From Chloroflexota bacterium (GTDB lineage: Bacteria; Chloroflexota; Limnocylindria; Limnocylindrales; CSP1-4), in contig JBHOQO010000075.1 of assembly GCA_042408925.1 (NCBI GenBank), positions 1 through 61,163 on the forward strand: 61,163 bases of DNA. The letters run 5' to 3'. Below the pieces are notes generated by a model. That model was given only the letters and a program-made list of their open reading frames with translations. It searched no databases and was not told the DNA's origin. Made by a program: the position numbers and the translations under genes. Positions 18,236 through 26,757 of this stretch are shown piece by piece (position 1 is the stretch's first letter; every line of letters starts with the position of its first letter).

Positions 18236-19402
18236 ATGTTCCGTCGCCTCGTTGCCCTCGGCCTGGTGGTCGGCCTCGTCGCTGCGGCATGCAGCGGCAC
18301 CGGTGGGGGGAACACGATCAAGGTCGGCGGCGGGTTCGCGCTTACGGGTGATGAATCAGCGCTCGACCTGCCCGCCGCCAACGGTGCCAAGCTGGCCGTG
18401 AAGGAGATCAATGCGGCCGGCGGTGTCCTCGGCAAGCAGATCGACTTCATCGTCCACGACAGCCAGTACAAGATGGACGTCACCGCCCAGACGGCGAAGC
18501 AGTTCGTCGAGCAAGACAAGGTCGAGGCGATGATCGGTTACACCGACACCGACTCGGTCCTCGCTGCCGGGCCGACGTTCCAGCAGGCGGGGATCCCCTT
18601 CATCAGCGTCGGTGCGACGTCGCCGAAGATCCCTTCCCAGGTCGGCGACATGATGTTCCTCGCTGCCTTCGGTGACAACGTCCAGGCTGCCGCCGGCGCC
18701 GAGTACGCGTTCAAGAACTTCGGCAAGACCGCCTATCTGCTCTGGGACAAGGGCGTGGAGTACACGACCCTCCTGGGTGGCTACTTCAAGTCGCGGTTCA
18801 CGGAGCTGGGCGGCACGATCGTCCTGGAGGACTCGTACGACGACAAGGCCACCGATTTCTCGGCCCAGATCGCCAAGGTCAAGGCCCTGCCCCAGCAGCC
18901 GGACTTCTACTACATCGCGGCGATGCCGTACAACGTCGGTCCGGTCGTGAAGCAGTTCCGCGATGCGGGGCTGACCGGCCCCATCCTCGGCGGTGACGGC
19001 TACGACACGCCCGACCTCGTCAGCGTCGCCGGGGCGGCCTCGGACAACGTCTACTTCTCCACCCACGCGCTCATGGATGCCACGAACGGCACCGACGGCA
19101 TCAAGAAGTTCATCGCGGCCTACAACAAGGAGTACGGCCGCGACCCGGAGAACGCCTTCGCGGCCCTCGGGTACGACACCGTGTACCTGCTCGTCGACGC
19201 CATCAAGCGGGCCGGCTCTACCGACCCCAAGGCGCTGAAGTCGGCGATCGAGGCAACGAAGGACTTTCCGGGGATCACGGGGTCGATCACCTTCAGCGCC
19301 GAGAGCCACGTGCCTCAGAAGGGGGTCACGATCATCGCCGTGAAGGACGGCAAGTTCACCCTCGGCGCCGAGGTCGTTCCGGAGAAGGTTCCGGCCCCGT
19401 AG
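18236..19402 (+). CDS. ABC substrate-binding lipoprotein (LivJ/K fold)
   Basis: Lipobox-like LVAAAC, INAAGGVLGKQI, ALGYDTVYLLVDAIKRAGS, FPGITGSITF. RBS GGAGGAGGAG. Confidence 0.9.
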   Translation: MFRRLVALGLVVGLVAAACSGTGGGNTIKVGGGFALTGDESALDLPAANGAKLAVKEINAAGGVLGKQIDFIVHDSQYKMDVTAQTAKQFVEQDKVEAMIGYTDTDSVLAAGPTFQQAGIPFISVGATSPKIPSQVGDMMFLAAFGDNVQAAAGAEYAFKNFGKTAYLLWDKGVEYTTLLGGYFKSRFTELGGTIVLEDSYDDKATDFSAQIAKVKALPQQPDFYYIAAMPYNVGPVVKQFRDAGLTGPILGGDGYDTPDLVSVAGAASDNVYFSTHALMDATNGTDGIKKFIAAYNKEYGRDPENAFAALGYDTVYLLVDAIKRAGSTDPKALKSAIEATKDFPGITGSITFSAESHVPQKGVTIIAVKDGKFTLGAEVVPEKVPAP

Positions 19403-19424
19403 GCGCTCGTTCGACGCGCGCCGT

Positions 19425-19453
19425 GGAGGGGGCCGACGTCGTCGGCCCCCTCC
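19425..19453 (+). terminator. Terminator-like hairpin after the SBP gene
   Basis: 13-bp perfect stem GGAGGGGGCCGAC/GTCGGCCCCCTCC with a 3-nt loop, followed only by GCTTGT (weak U tract). Confidence 0.6.
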
Positions 19454-19527
19454 GCTTGTACCTCGACCCGGGTTCGATGCGATGGCTCCAGTCCGAGGAG
19501 CGCACGTTCGCGCAGGCCGCCCGTTCC

Positions 19528-19975
19528 GGCACCGCGCCCGGGCCGCCGCTCGCTCCGTCCGGGCCGCGGATCTTCTCGGATACTCACCCGGGTAGTGAAC
19601 CGCGCAACGCCCGCCTCGTTTTCCACCCCCGCCACCCCGATGCCGAGCGTGGCCGGTCGGCGGGTTGCCGGGCCGCCCCCGCGAATCTTCCTCGGTTACT
19701 CCTAGGGGTGGTAACTCGGAAGATCCGACCAGCGGTTCACTACCCCGGGGCGTATTGTGGAAGTTCCGCCCCCTCGGCCCGGCCCGTCACTCCCCCCGCT
19801 AGTAGCCTGGAAATTGCGGGCTCGCGCCCGGCGGGAACGAAGCCGACCTCCAGCGGCTCGCAGCCGTCACTCGCCCGCCAGTAGCCTGGAAATTGCGGGG
19901 CCGCCGGCGGGCGACGCCGGTCGTGGACCCTCCGGCGGTGCCCGGCGGGCGCTCGTACCGTGGACGGTTCCAGCG
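19528..19975. repeat. Dispersed ~449 bp structured intergenic repeat, copy 2
   Basis: Same orientation as 10201-10649. It differs mainly in a central ungapped block (19666-19714), plus a few SNPs and a 1-nt deletion. Confidence 0.95.
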
Positions 19976-20009
19976 GGTTCGCGCTGCCCGCTACGGCGGG
20001 CGGGCCCGT

Positions 20010-21020
20010 CTAGAACGCGTCGAACCAGGCCTGGATCGCCTCCCGGTCGTCCGAGCGCGTGAGGGTGAGCGAGAGGAGCAGCCGCGCCTTCCAGGGAACG
20101 AGATCGCCGGCCGCGATCCAGCCCCGCGCCGCCATCGACGGACTCCGCGCCACCCGCCCCGAGCCGACCCGCGAGGCGATGCAGACGACGACCCCGGCCG
20201 CGCTCGCCCGCTCGAGCGCCGCGACCTCCCCCGGCGTCGGGTAGCCGGCGCCCGTGGCCGCGCCCACGATCCCGCGCGCCCCGGCCGCGACGAAGGCGTC
20301 GATCGCCGTCCCGTCGGCCCCGATGTACGAGACGACGACGTCGACCCGCGGGAGCCCGTCGAGCCCCCGGACGTCGAAGGGCGTCGCCGTCGTGTGCGAC
20401 CGCACCGGCCGCCCGACCCAGACGACCCGTCCATCGGCGTCGGCAACCCCAAGCGGCCCCGCGTCACGGGCGACGAAGGCGTCGGTCCGGAAGGTCGCCC
20501 CCTTCGTCACGTCCCGGGCCGACCAGATCCGGTCGTCGAGGAGGACGAGCGCGCCGAGCCCGGCTGCCCCCGGATCGGCCGCGACCCGGATCGCGTTCAA
20601 GAGGTTCAGGTCGCCGTCGGAGCTCAGAGCGGACGCCGGCCGCATCGCCCCGGTGACGACGATCGGCCGGTCGGTTCGGGCCGTCAGATGGAGGAAGTAG
20701 GCCGTCTCTTCGAGGGTGTTCGTCCCGTGGGTGACGACGACCCCCTCGGCGCCGGCAGCGATCGCCCCCTCCACCGCGCGTCCGACCTCCAGCAGGTCGG
20801 CGTCCCGGAAGGCGTGGCTCGGTCGCGGCCGGAACGGGACCTCGACGACCTCGGCGATCGAGGCCGCTTCGGGGATCCGGGCGAGGAGCTCGCCCGGGCC
20901 GAGCCGTCGCCCGGTCTCGAGATAGAAGGCGAGGTCGAGCCGGTCGGCGCCGAGGGCGTCGATGGTGCCGCCGGTGCTGATGAGGGCGATCCGGGGTCGC
21001 TCCGCCACGGCGCGCTCCAA
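20010..21020 (-). CDS. Asparaginase/glutaminase family protein
   Basis: ISTGGTI, THGTNTLEE, VTGAMRP, DGDLNL, RDVTK. TTG start. Confidence 0.88.
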   Translation of the reverse strand: MERAVAERPRIALISTGGTIDALGADRLDLAFYLETGRRLGPGELLARIPEAASIAEVVEVPFRPRPSHAFRDADLLEVGRAVEGAIAAGAEGVVVTHGTNTLEETAYFLHLTARTDRPIVVTGAMRPASALSSDGDLNLLNAIRVAADPGAAGLGALVLLDDRIWSARDVTKGATFRTDAFVARDAGPLGVADADGRVVWVGRPVRSHTTATPFDVRGLDGLPRVDVVVSYIGADGTAIDAFVAAGARGIVGAATGAGYPTPGEVAALERASAAGVVVCIASRVGSGRVARSPSMAARGWIAAGDLVPWKARLLLSLTLTRSDDREAIQAWFDAF

Positions 21021-21061
21021 GCGTTCGGTTCCGCGTCTGTTCCGCGGGAGTGCCGCGCCGC

Positions 21062-22138
21062 CTACACCCCGACGGCCGCAGCCGCCTCAGGGGCTTCGGT
21101 CGACCCGGCGTCCCCGGCCCCCACCCCCGTCCCGTGCCAGCCCGCCGCCCGCGCCGCCCACGCCTCGGCGATCGCCGCCGGCGGCCGATACCCCTCGACC
21201 CGGGCGATGAGCCGCCGGATCCGCCAGCCGAACCAGGGCCCCAGGGCATAGAGCGGCATCGGCTGGAGCCAGACCGCGCTCCCGAGGCTGACCGCGTCGG
21301 CCCCCGCCCAGAAGTACTCGCGGCAGTCGTCGAAGCTCCGGATCCCTCCGGTCGCGATGATCGGGAGCCGGATCCCCGCGTCCCGGAGCTCGGCGACGAC
21401 CCGCAGCCCGATCGGCTTGATCGCGCGCCCCGAGAGCGAGCCGAAGCGGTTCCGCATGAACGGCCGCCCCGTCGCCGGGTCGAGCCGGAGCGCCTTCACG
21501 GCGTTGATCGCCGTCACGGCCGCGACCCCGAAGCGCTCGGCGAGGCGGGCCTGGGCGACGTAATCCTCGTCGGGCGAGAGCTTCAGGATGACCGGGTGCC
21601 GGCTCCGCGGGACGGCCGCCGCCAGAACCTCTTCCAGGATCGTCTCGAAGGGAAAGTTCACGTTGTGGCACGAGACGTTGAACTCGACGGCGGCGATCGA
21701 GCCGACGGGGGCCCGCTCGTTCACCGTCTCGACGAGGCGGACGAACTCGTCGGCCGAAAAGCCGCCGACCGAAACGATCCGGTTCAGGTGGTGGGTCCGC
21801 GGGAAGTACTCCTCGAAGTAGCGGTCGATGCCGATGTTCGACCAGCCGAAGGCGTTCAGCCAGCCGGCGTCGACCCGCCGGAGGGCGCCGGCGTAGAGGC
21901 GAAGCATGGTCGGAAACTCGTGGAGCTTCCAGTCCTCGCGGAGGCTGAAGTGGCCCTCCCGCGGCTCGACGGTCAGGGTCCGGGTCGTCACGGCCCCGAA
22001 CCGCTCGAGGGGGACCCACTGGGCGATGGGCGAGAGCCCGTAGAGGACGAGGCGGCCGGCCGGGGCGCCGTAGCCCAGGAGGCTGGCTGAGGTGAGGAGG
22101 CGGTTCCGGAGGTGAATGCCGTTGAGGTCGATGGTCAT
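21062..22138 (-). CDS. Divergent dihydroorotate dehydrogenase family 1-like flavoprotein
   Basis: LRNRLLTSAS, EFNVSCHN, PVILKLSP, TAINAV, GSLSGRAIKP, PIIATGGI, GADAVSLGSA. Confidence 0.75.
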   Translation of the reverse strand: MTIDLNGIHLRNRLLTSASLLGYGAPAGRLVLYGLSPIAQWVPLERFGAVTTRTLTVEPREGHFSLREDWKLHEFPTMLRLYAGALRRVDAGWLNAFGWSNIGIDRYFEEYFPRTHHLNRIVSVGGFSADEFVRLVETVNERAPVGSIAAVEFNVSCHNVNFPFETILEEVLAAAVPRSRHPVILKLSPDEDYVAQARLAERFGVAAVTAINAVKALRLDPATGRPFMRNRFGSLSGRAIKPIGLRVVAELRDAGIRLPIIATGGIRSFDDCREYFWAGADAVSLGSAVWLQPMPLYALGPWFGWRIRRLIARVEGYRPPAAIAEAWAARAAGWHGTGVGAGDAGSTEAPEAAAAVGV

Positions 22139-22229
22139 GGCCTCCCTATGATCGCCGGTCGGCGCTTCGGCTGCACGGATTCTCCAGTCGAGCTCAGGGT
22201 CACGCCGGCCAGGTGGGGATCAGATGCGC

Positions 22230-22246
22230 TATGATGACGACATCAT
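22230..22246 (+). promoter_or_regulatory. -10 box (TATGAT) overlapped by a palindromic operator upstream of vapBC
   Basis: ATGATG-ACGA-CATCAT (22231-22246) is a perfect inverted repeat covering TATGAT (22230-22235) and reaching the ATG at 22245. Confidence 0.6.
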
Positions 22247-22514
22247 GGTGGCACGAACCCAGATCTACCTCCCCGATACCGAGCACCGAAAAGCGCGGAT
22301 CCGAGCCGCGGAACAAGGCATCTCGCTGTCGGAGTACATTCGCCGACTCGTGAGGCGCGATCTCGAAGGTGGGGGCGCGGGCTCCCCGGCGACCATCGAC
22401 GAGATCTTCGCCCTCGGTGGGGCGGGCGAGCCGACGGACGTCGGACGCGACAAGGATCGACTCGTCGGCGAGGCGATCGAGGCAGACCGGAGCGCCCGGA
22501 GCGCTGCCGGGTGA
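22245..22514 (+). CDS. vapB: Ribbon-helix-helix antitoxin (VapB-like)
   Basis: MVARTQIYLP...ARIRAAEQGISLSEYIRRLVRRDL. Stop overlaps the PIN gene start (GTGA). Confidence 0.8.
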   Translation: MVARTQIYLPDTEHRKARIRAAEQGISLSEYIRRLVRRDLEGGGAGSPATIDEIFALGGAGEPTDVGRDKDRLVGEAIEADRSARSAAG

Positions 22515-22924
22515 GCCTCTTCGTCGACACCTCGGCCTTCTTCGCGGCTGCCTACGCCGGCGATCGAAATCACCGCCGAGCGGTCGAGATCCTCCGCGGG
22601 CGGACCGACCTCGTCACGACGGACCACGTCCTCGTCGAGTCGTGGATCCTCCTTCGCCACCGGATCGGCCGCGCTGCGGCTGAGCAATTCTGGACGACCC
22701 TCCGCAGAGGCGCCGTTGCCATCGAAGCCGTCGGGCCCGCCGACCTCGAGGCCGCCTTCGCCATCGGGGACGCCTTCCCCGATCAGGACTTCTCGATCGT
22801 CGATCGGACGAGCTTCGCCGTCATGGAGCGGCTCGGCGTGGATGCCGTCGCCGCCTTCGACGACGACTTTGCCATCTACCGCTTCGGGCCCCGTCGCGAG
22901 CGGGCCTTCCGCGTCCTCCTCTAG
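22511..22924 (+). CDS. vapC: PIN-domain toxin (VapC-like)
   Basis: FVDTSAF, TTDHVLVES, FSIVDRTSF, AFDDDF (acidic PIN residues present). Confidence 0.9.
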   Translation: MSLFVDTSAFFAAAYAGDRNHRRAVEILRGRTDLVTTDHVLVESWILLRHRIGRAAAEQFWTTLRRGAVAIEAVGPADLEAAFAIGDAFPDQDFSIVDRTSFAVMERLGVDAVAAFDDDFAIYRFGPRRERAFRVLL

Positions 22925-24690
22925 ACCCGCGGGCCGGCCGCGCCCCGCGACTTGGGCACGCCACGCCTCGACGCGCCCCAGGCCGGGTCCCCGAGGACGC
23001 CATCGAGACCGAAGGCGCCAGCGACGACGCTCCGGAGCGTCGGGAGCGGAACTGCCCCCTCGCCGAGGAGGACGTCGTGGAAGCGCCGGAGGTCGAAGGC
23101 CGACCCGAGGGCCGCCTCAACGGCCCCCCGCAGCCGGAGGATCTCGAGCTGGCCCGTCTTGTAGGCGAGCGCCTGGCCCGGCCAGACGATGTAGCGGTCG
23201 ACCTCGTTGGCGATGTTGTTCGGGGCGAGGGCGGTATGGGCGGTCATGTAGGCGATCGCCTCGTCCCGGGTCCAGCCGAGGGCGTGGAGGCCGGTGTCGA
23301 CGACGAGTCGGCAGGCCCGCCAGGCGTCATACGAGAGGATCCCGAACCGATCGATCCGGCCCGAATAGAGGCCCATCTCGGCCGCCAGCCGCTCTGCGTA
23401 GAGGGCCCAGCCCTCGACGAAGGCGGTCGTGCCGAGGTGCCGCCGGAAGGCCGGCAGCCCGGCACGCTCCTGGGCGAGGGCGATCTGGAGGTGATGGCCC
23501 GGGATCGCCTCGTGGAAGGCGAGGGCTTCGGCCTCGTACCGGGGCCGGGTCGTCGGAGCCGAGCAGTTGATCCGGTACTCGCCCGGACGTCGTCCGTCGG
23601 CGGCCGGCGGCCGGTAGTAGGCGATGGTCGAGTGCTCGGCCTCGTGGTCGCCCATCGCCGCGACGACGCACGGCGCCGAGGGCAGCCGCCCGAACCAGTC
23701 GGGCAGGGCGGCCCGGGCGCGAGCGAGCGACCGCTCGGCGACGGCTCGGATCTCGTCGCCGGTCGAGAAGTGGAGCGCGGGGTCGCCGCGAAGACGCGCG
23801 ATCGTCTCGGCGAGGTCGCGAGCCCCGAGGACCCGACGACCGAGCTCGGCGAGTTCCCCGTCGATCCGCTCGACCTCGGCCCGCCCCGCGGCGTGGAGGG
23901 TCTCGGGCTCCAAATCGAGGGACGTATGGACCCGAACGAGCCGCCGGTACGTCTCGAGGCCCCCCGGGAGGTGGCAGAGCCCGGCCCGATCGTCGGGGCG
24001 GGCCCGAGGCAGGATCTCCTCGGCGAGGGTGCGGCGAAGGCGCTCGAACGCCGGCCGGATCTCCGTCTCGACGATCTCGACGAGGGCGGTCCGGAAGCGA
24101 TCGAACTCCCCGTCGGCGCCGTCGGCCGGCCGCTGCCGCCCCGGTGCCAGGAGGGCGAGGCGTCCGTTCGGCGTGGCGAGGATCGTCTCGATTTCCCCGA
24201 CGACCCGCTCGACCGGCGTCCGCGCCGCGACCAGGCCCTCGGCGAGCCCCCGCCGGAGGTTCGCCCCGTAGGCGTCGAGCCACGGGCCGATCGCCCGCCA
24301 GCGCGCGAGGAGGGTCGCCCGCTCCTCGGGCGTTCCGGCCGGCTGGACGTCGGCGAGGTTGAGCGCGGCGACCTGGGGCCCCTCGAGGGGATCGACCGTC
24401 CAAGCCCAGAGGTCGGCCTCGAGCTCGGCGAGCCGACCGCCGACGGCCTCGGCGAGGGCCGAGCGAGTCACGCCATCATCCGGCTCGGGCAACTCCACCG
24501 GATCGAGGGCCTCGAGTCGGCGGGCGAGCTCCGCCAGGCGGGCCCGTTCGGCGGCGACGGCGGCCCGAGTTCGGTCGGGGAGGCGGTCGTCGTGGCCGGG
24601 CTCGCCGATGGTCGTCGCGAAGAGAGGGTCGAAGGCGAGGGTGGCCTGCCAGAACGCCTCGGCCAGGTCGGCCAACGACGGCCGTGTCAT
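22921..24690 (-). CDS. DUF885 family (putative metallopeptidase-like) protein
   Basis: ALAFHEAIPGHHLQ, TAFVEGWALYAE, RACRLVVDTGLH, EVDRYIVWPGQALAYKTG. Confidence 0.9.
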   Translation of the reverse strand: MTRPSLADLAEAFWQATLAFDPLFATTIGEPGHDDRLPDRTRAAVAAERARLAELARRLEALDPVELPEPDDGVTRSALAEAVGGRLAELEADLWAWTVDPLEGPQVAALNLADVQPAGTPEERATLLARWRAIGPWLDAYGANLRRGLAEGLVAARTPVERVVGEIETILATPNGRLALLAPGRQRPADGADGEFDRFRTALVEIVETEIRPAFERLRRTLAEEILPRARPDDRAGLCHLPGGLETYRRLVRVHTSLDLEPETLHAAGRAEVERIDGELAELGRRVLGARDLAETIARLRGDPALHFSTGDEIRAVAERSLARARAALPDWFGRLPSAPCVVAAMGDHEAEHSTIAYYRPPAADGRRPGEYRINCSAPTTRPRYEAEALAFHEAIPGHHLQIALAQERAGLPAFRRHLGTTAFVEGWALYAERLAAEMGLYSGRIDRFGILSYDAWRACRLVVDTGLHALGWTRDEAIAYMTAHTALAPNNIANEVDRYIVWPGQALAYKTGQLEILRLRGAVEAALGSAFDLRRFHDVLLGEGAVPLPTLRSVVAGAFGLDGVLGDPAWGASRRGVPKSRGAAGPRV

Positions 24691-25862
24691 CGGATGCAGG
24701 AGCCCGTCCCGACCGCCGCCGTCCGCCCGATCGCCGGCGCGATCCGAACCGCGACCTCGACGGGCGAGAGGGCGTACCCGATGCCCGGGTCGGCCCGCGA
24801 CTCGGCGAAGACGAGGCCGCCGACCGTCCCGTCGGCGAGGACGAACGGCCCGCCCGAATCCCCGCGGTCGATCTCGGCCCGGAGCTCGAGGATCGAGCGC
24901 TCGACCGGTGTCCGGCCGTAGATGTCGCGACCCTCGGCGGTGAGCCGCCGCCCGACGGCCGCCGGGACGACCTTGAGGGGACCGCCGTTCGGGTAGCCGA
25001 GGGCCGCGCCGACCGCCCCCCGAGCGGGGTCGGCCGTCGCGAAGCGGAGGGGCCCGGCCCGCAGCCGCGGGGCGTAGAGGAGGGCGACATCGAGGTCCGG
25101 GTCGAAGAGGACGACGGTGGCGTCGACGGTCAGGCCGCCGCCGCTCACCCGCGTCGCGGTGGCCCCGGCGACGACGTGGGCGTTCGTGACGACGTACCCG
25201 GGCGCGACGACGACGCCGCTCCCGAGGAGGATCGCCCGGCAGGCCTGGCTCGTCACCTTCACCGTCGAGCCCGCGGCCGCTGCGGCGATCGCCCGCGTCT
25301 GGGCGTCCGACGGCAGCTCGACCGGCGGGGCCGGGATCGGCTCCAGTCCGACGAAGACGTCGGGCAGGCCCGAGGCGTCGATGACGGCCGCGAGCTCGTC
25401 GACGAGGGAGGTCGGCGGCGGGAGGACCTCGGCGAGGCCCCGGACGACGGCCGAGGTCTGGGCCTGGGCGGCGAGGGTCGGGAAGGGGCCGACGGCGAGG
25501 AGCCCGCCGGTGAGCCAGGCGACGAGGGCGCCCTGGACGGCGCCGACGAGGGCGCCGCCGACGCCGTCGAGGATGCCGAGGACTCCGCCGTCGATGGCGC
25601 GCTGGACGGCGCGGCCGAGGGTCGACCCGAGTCCCTCCCCGAGGACGACCGCCCCGAGGAGCCCGGCGATGACGGCGAGGGCCCGGGGGAGGGGATCGAC
25701 GTCGGCAAGGAGGTGGGTTGCCCAGGGGAGGGCGAGGACGGCCGTGACCGCCCCGGCCGCGGCCCCGATGAGGCCGCCGACCTGGGGCCAGAGCCCCGAA
25801 CGAGCCCCGGCGACGGTCGCCGCGACGATGAGGACGATGAGGGCGAGGTCGAGGAGGTTCAC
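24687..25862 (-). CDS. MarP-like membrane serine protease (CvpA-like TM region plus trypsin domain)
   Basis: N-terminal TM helices, CRAILLGSG, VVTNAHVV, DPDLDVA, RGDSGGP. Confidence 0.88.
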   Translation of the reverse strand: MNLLDLALIVLIVAATVAGARSGLWPQVGGLIGAAAGAVTAVLALPWATHLLADVDPLPRALAVIAGLLGAVVLGEGLGSTLGRAVQRAIDGGVLGILDGVGGALVGAVQGALVAWLTGGLLAVGPFPTLAAQAQTSAVVRGLAEVLPPPTSLVDELAAVIDASGLPDVFVGLEPIPAPPVELPSDAQTRAIAAAAAGSTVKVTSQACRAILLGSGVVVAPGYVVTNAHVVAGATATRVSGGGLTVDATVVLFDPDLDVALLYAPRLRAGPLRFATADPARGAVGAALGYPNGGPLKVVPAAVGRRLTAEGRDIYGRTPVERSILELRAEIDRGDSGGPFVLADGTVGGLVFAESRADPGIGYALSPVEVAVRIAPAIGRTAAVGTGSCIR

Positions 25863-26089
25863 CCGCCGAATGGTTGCACGGCCGCGTCAGCCGTGTCGGC
25901 GGCGCACCTCCGGGGGTTGCATCGGTGGCGTCGGCAGGGACGACGACGGCAGCCAGCTCCCCGTACGATTCCCGAACGGTCCGCTGCTAGTAGCGCGTCG
26001 CTTCGGTCGCCTGGACGAACAAGATCTGCGCGGGCTGGTCGACTCCGGCGCGGTCCATGGCGGCGGGCAGCGACGGATCGGTGGCAAAG

Positions 26090-26122
26090 GAGGACTCCGC
26101 CGACACGGTCGGCGGAGTCCTC
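26090..26122 (-). terminator. Intrinsic terminator directly after leuD
   Basis: 15-bp perfect stem GAGGACTCCGCCGAC/GTCGGCGGAGTCCTC with a 3-nt loop, immediately after the leuD stop, followed by CTTTG on the minus strand. Confidence 0.75.
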
Positions 26123-26743
26123 TCACACCGTCGCGAGCGTGTTCACCCGGGGCGGGTGGGCGGCTTCCCAGGCCGCGATCTCGACCTCCTTGGCGAGGAG
26201 GTAGCCGAGCTCGTCGGTCCCGGCCAGGAGCATCATCTTCGCGAACGGGTCGACGTCGAAGGGGAGGTCCTCGTCGCCGGGGAGGTGGACCCGCTGGGCC
26301 TCGAGATCGACGGTCAGCTCGACCTCCGGATCCCGCTCGACCAGCTCGAAGAGGTGGCGATGCTCGTCGGGGGTAACGACGATCGGCAGGAGCCCGTTCT
26401 TGAGGGCGTTGTTCCGGAAGATGTCGGCGCAGGAGGTCGTGATGACCGCCCGGATCCCCCAGGCGACGAGGGCCCAGGGGGCGTGTTCACGGGACGACCC
26501 GCAGCCGAAGTTGTCGCCGGCAAGGAGGATCCGCCGCCCCGCCATCTCCGGCCGATCGAGGACGAAGGGCGGCTCCTTGAGACGGCCGTCCTCCTCGAAG
26601 CGCCAGTCCCGGAAGAGCGCCTCGGCGAGGCCGGCCTTGTCGGTGACCTTGAGGAAGCGGGCCGGGACGATCTGGTCGGTGTCGATGTTCTCGACCGGGA
26701 GCGGGATGACCTTGCTCGTGAAGGTCGTGAAGGGTTCGGCCAT
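26123..26743 (-). CDS. leuD: 3-isopropylmalate dehydratase small subunit
   Basis: NIDTDQIVPARFL, GDNFGCGSSREHAPWAL, ADIFRNNALKNGLLP. ATG 26743. Confidence 0.97.
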   Translation of the reverse strand: MAEPFTTFTSKVIPLPVENIDTDQIVPARFLKVTDKAGLAEALFRDWRFEEDGRLKEPPFVLDRPEMAGRRILLAGDNFGCGSSREHAPWALVAWGIRAVITTSCADIFRNNALKNGLLPIVVTPDEHRHLFELVERDPEVELTVDLEAQRVHLPGDEDLPFDVDPFAKMMLLAGTDELGYLLAKEVEIAAWEAAHPPRVNTLATV

Positions 26744-26757
26744 GCTCGACGCTCTCC

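Noticed and set aside
10201-19975. Classical composite transposon
   Set aside because: The repeats encode no transposase, and no terminal inverted repeats or target-site duplication were found. Kept only as an unexplained repeat-bounded module.
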